Below are positions 63,838 through 64,000 of a DNA stretch of 64,000 nt, piece by piece. The notes beneath the pieces were generated by a model. The model worked only from the letters and a program-made list of their open reading frames with translations, did not search any database and was not told the origin of the DNA. The translations under genes were made by a program, and so were the position numbers. The stretch's first letter is position 1; the number at the start of each line of letters is the position of its first letter. The DNA is from Callorhinchus milii. Its lineage: Eukaryota. The stretch covers positions 11,410,001-11,474,000 of the forward strand of contig NW_024704743.1 in NCBI RefSeq assembly GCF_018977255.1. The letters run 5' to 3'.

Positions 63838-64000
63838 AGTCCTGTAGCTCAGTGGTTAGAGCACTCGCTTTGCAAGCGAGAGACCTGAGTTCAATTCCAG
63901 GCAGGGCGAAACCTTGGGCAAGTTTCCTTACTCCACACGCCTAATAATAATCCCTCCAAAACAAAAAAAAAACAATAATTAAATTGGTCATTTTCAATCT
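63838..64000 (+). mobile_element. Young Deu-domain tRNA SINE (cut by the window edge)
   Basis: Young consensus head. Confidence 0.9.

Overview
Repeat-saturated vertebrate genomic DNA. The Deu-domain tRNA-SINE / CR1 / L2 content suggests a cartilaginous fish such as a chimaera; this is inference. I found no confidently supportable host protein-coding exon, and most ORFs in the track are TE fragments or noise. The main feature is a complete 7.2 kb minus-strand LTR element (1409-8588) inserted into a CR1 fragment. It has 582-bp LTRs differing at only 3 sites, a 4-bp TSD, a tRNA-Ser PBS and a PPT. It carries a coiled-coil + CCHC Gag ending in a PSAP motif, and a pol with PR, YVDD RT, a degenerate tether RNase H, a second retroviral-type RNase H and IN. 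After IN there is only a vestige of a third (env-position) gene. This is a lokiretrovirus/Odin-like architecture that appears to have lost env and been copied while already defective. The window also holds a second LTR family (tRNA-Lys PBS, 4-bp TSD; one truncated provirus and one solo LTR), a third solo LTR, a near full-length CR1 with an esterase-type ORF1, many CR1/L2 fragments, young and old Deu-SINEs, and about ten copies of an unclassified ~570-nt A-tailed retroposon. Boundaries of old repeats are approximate.
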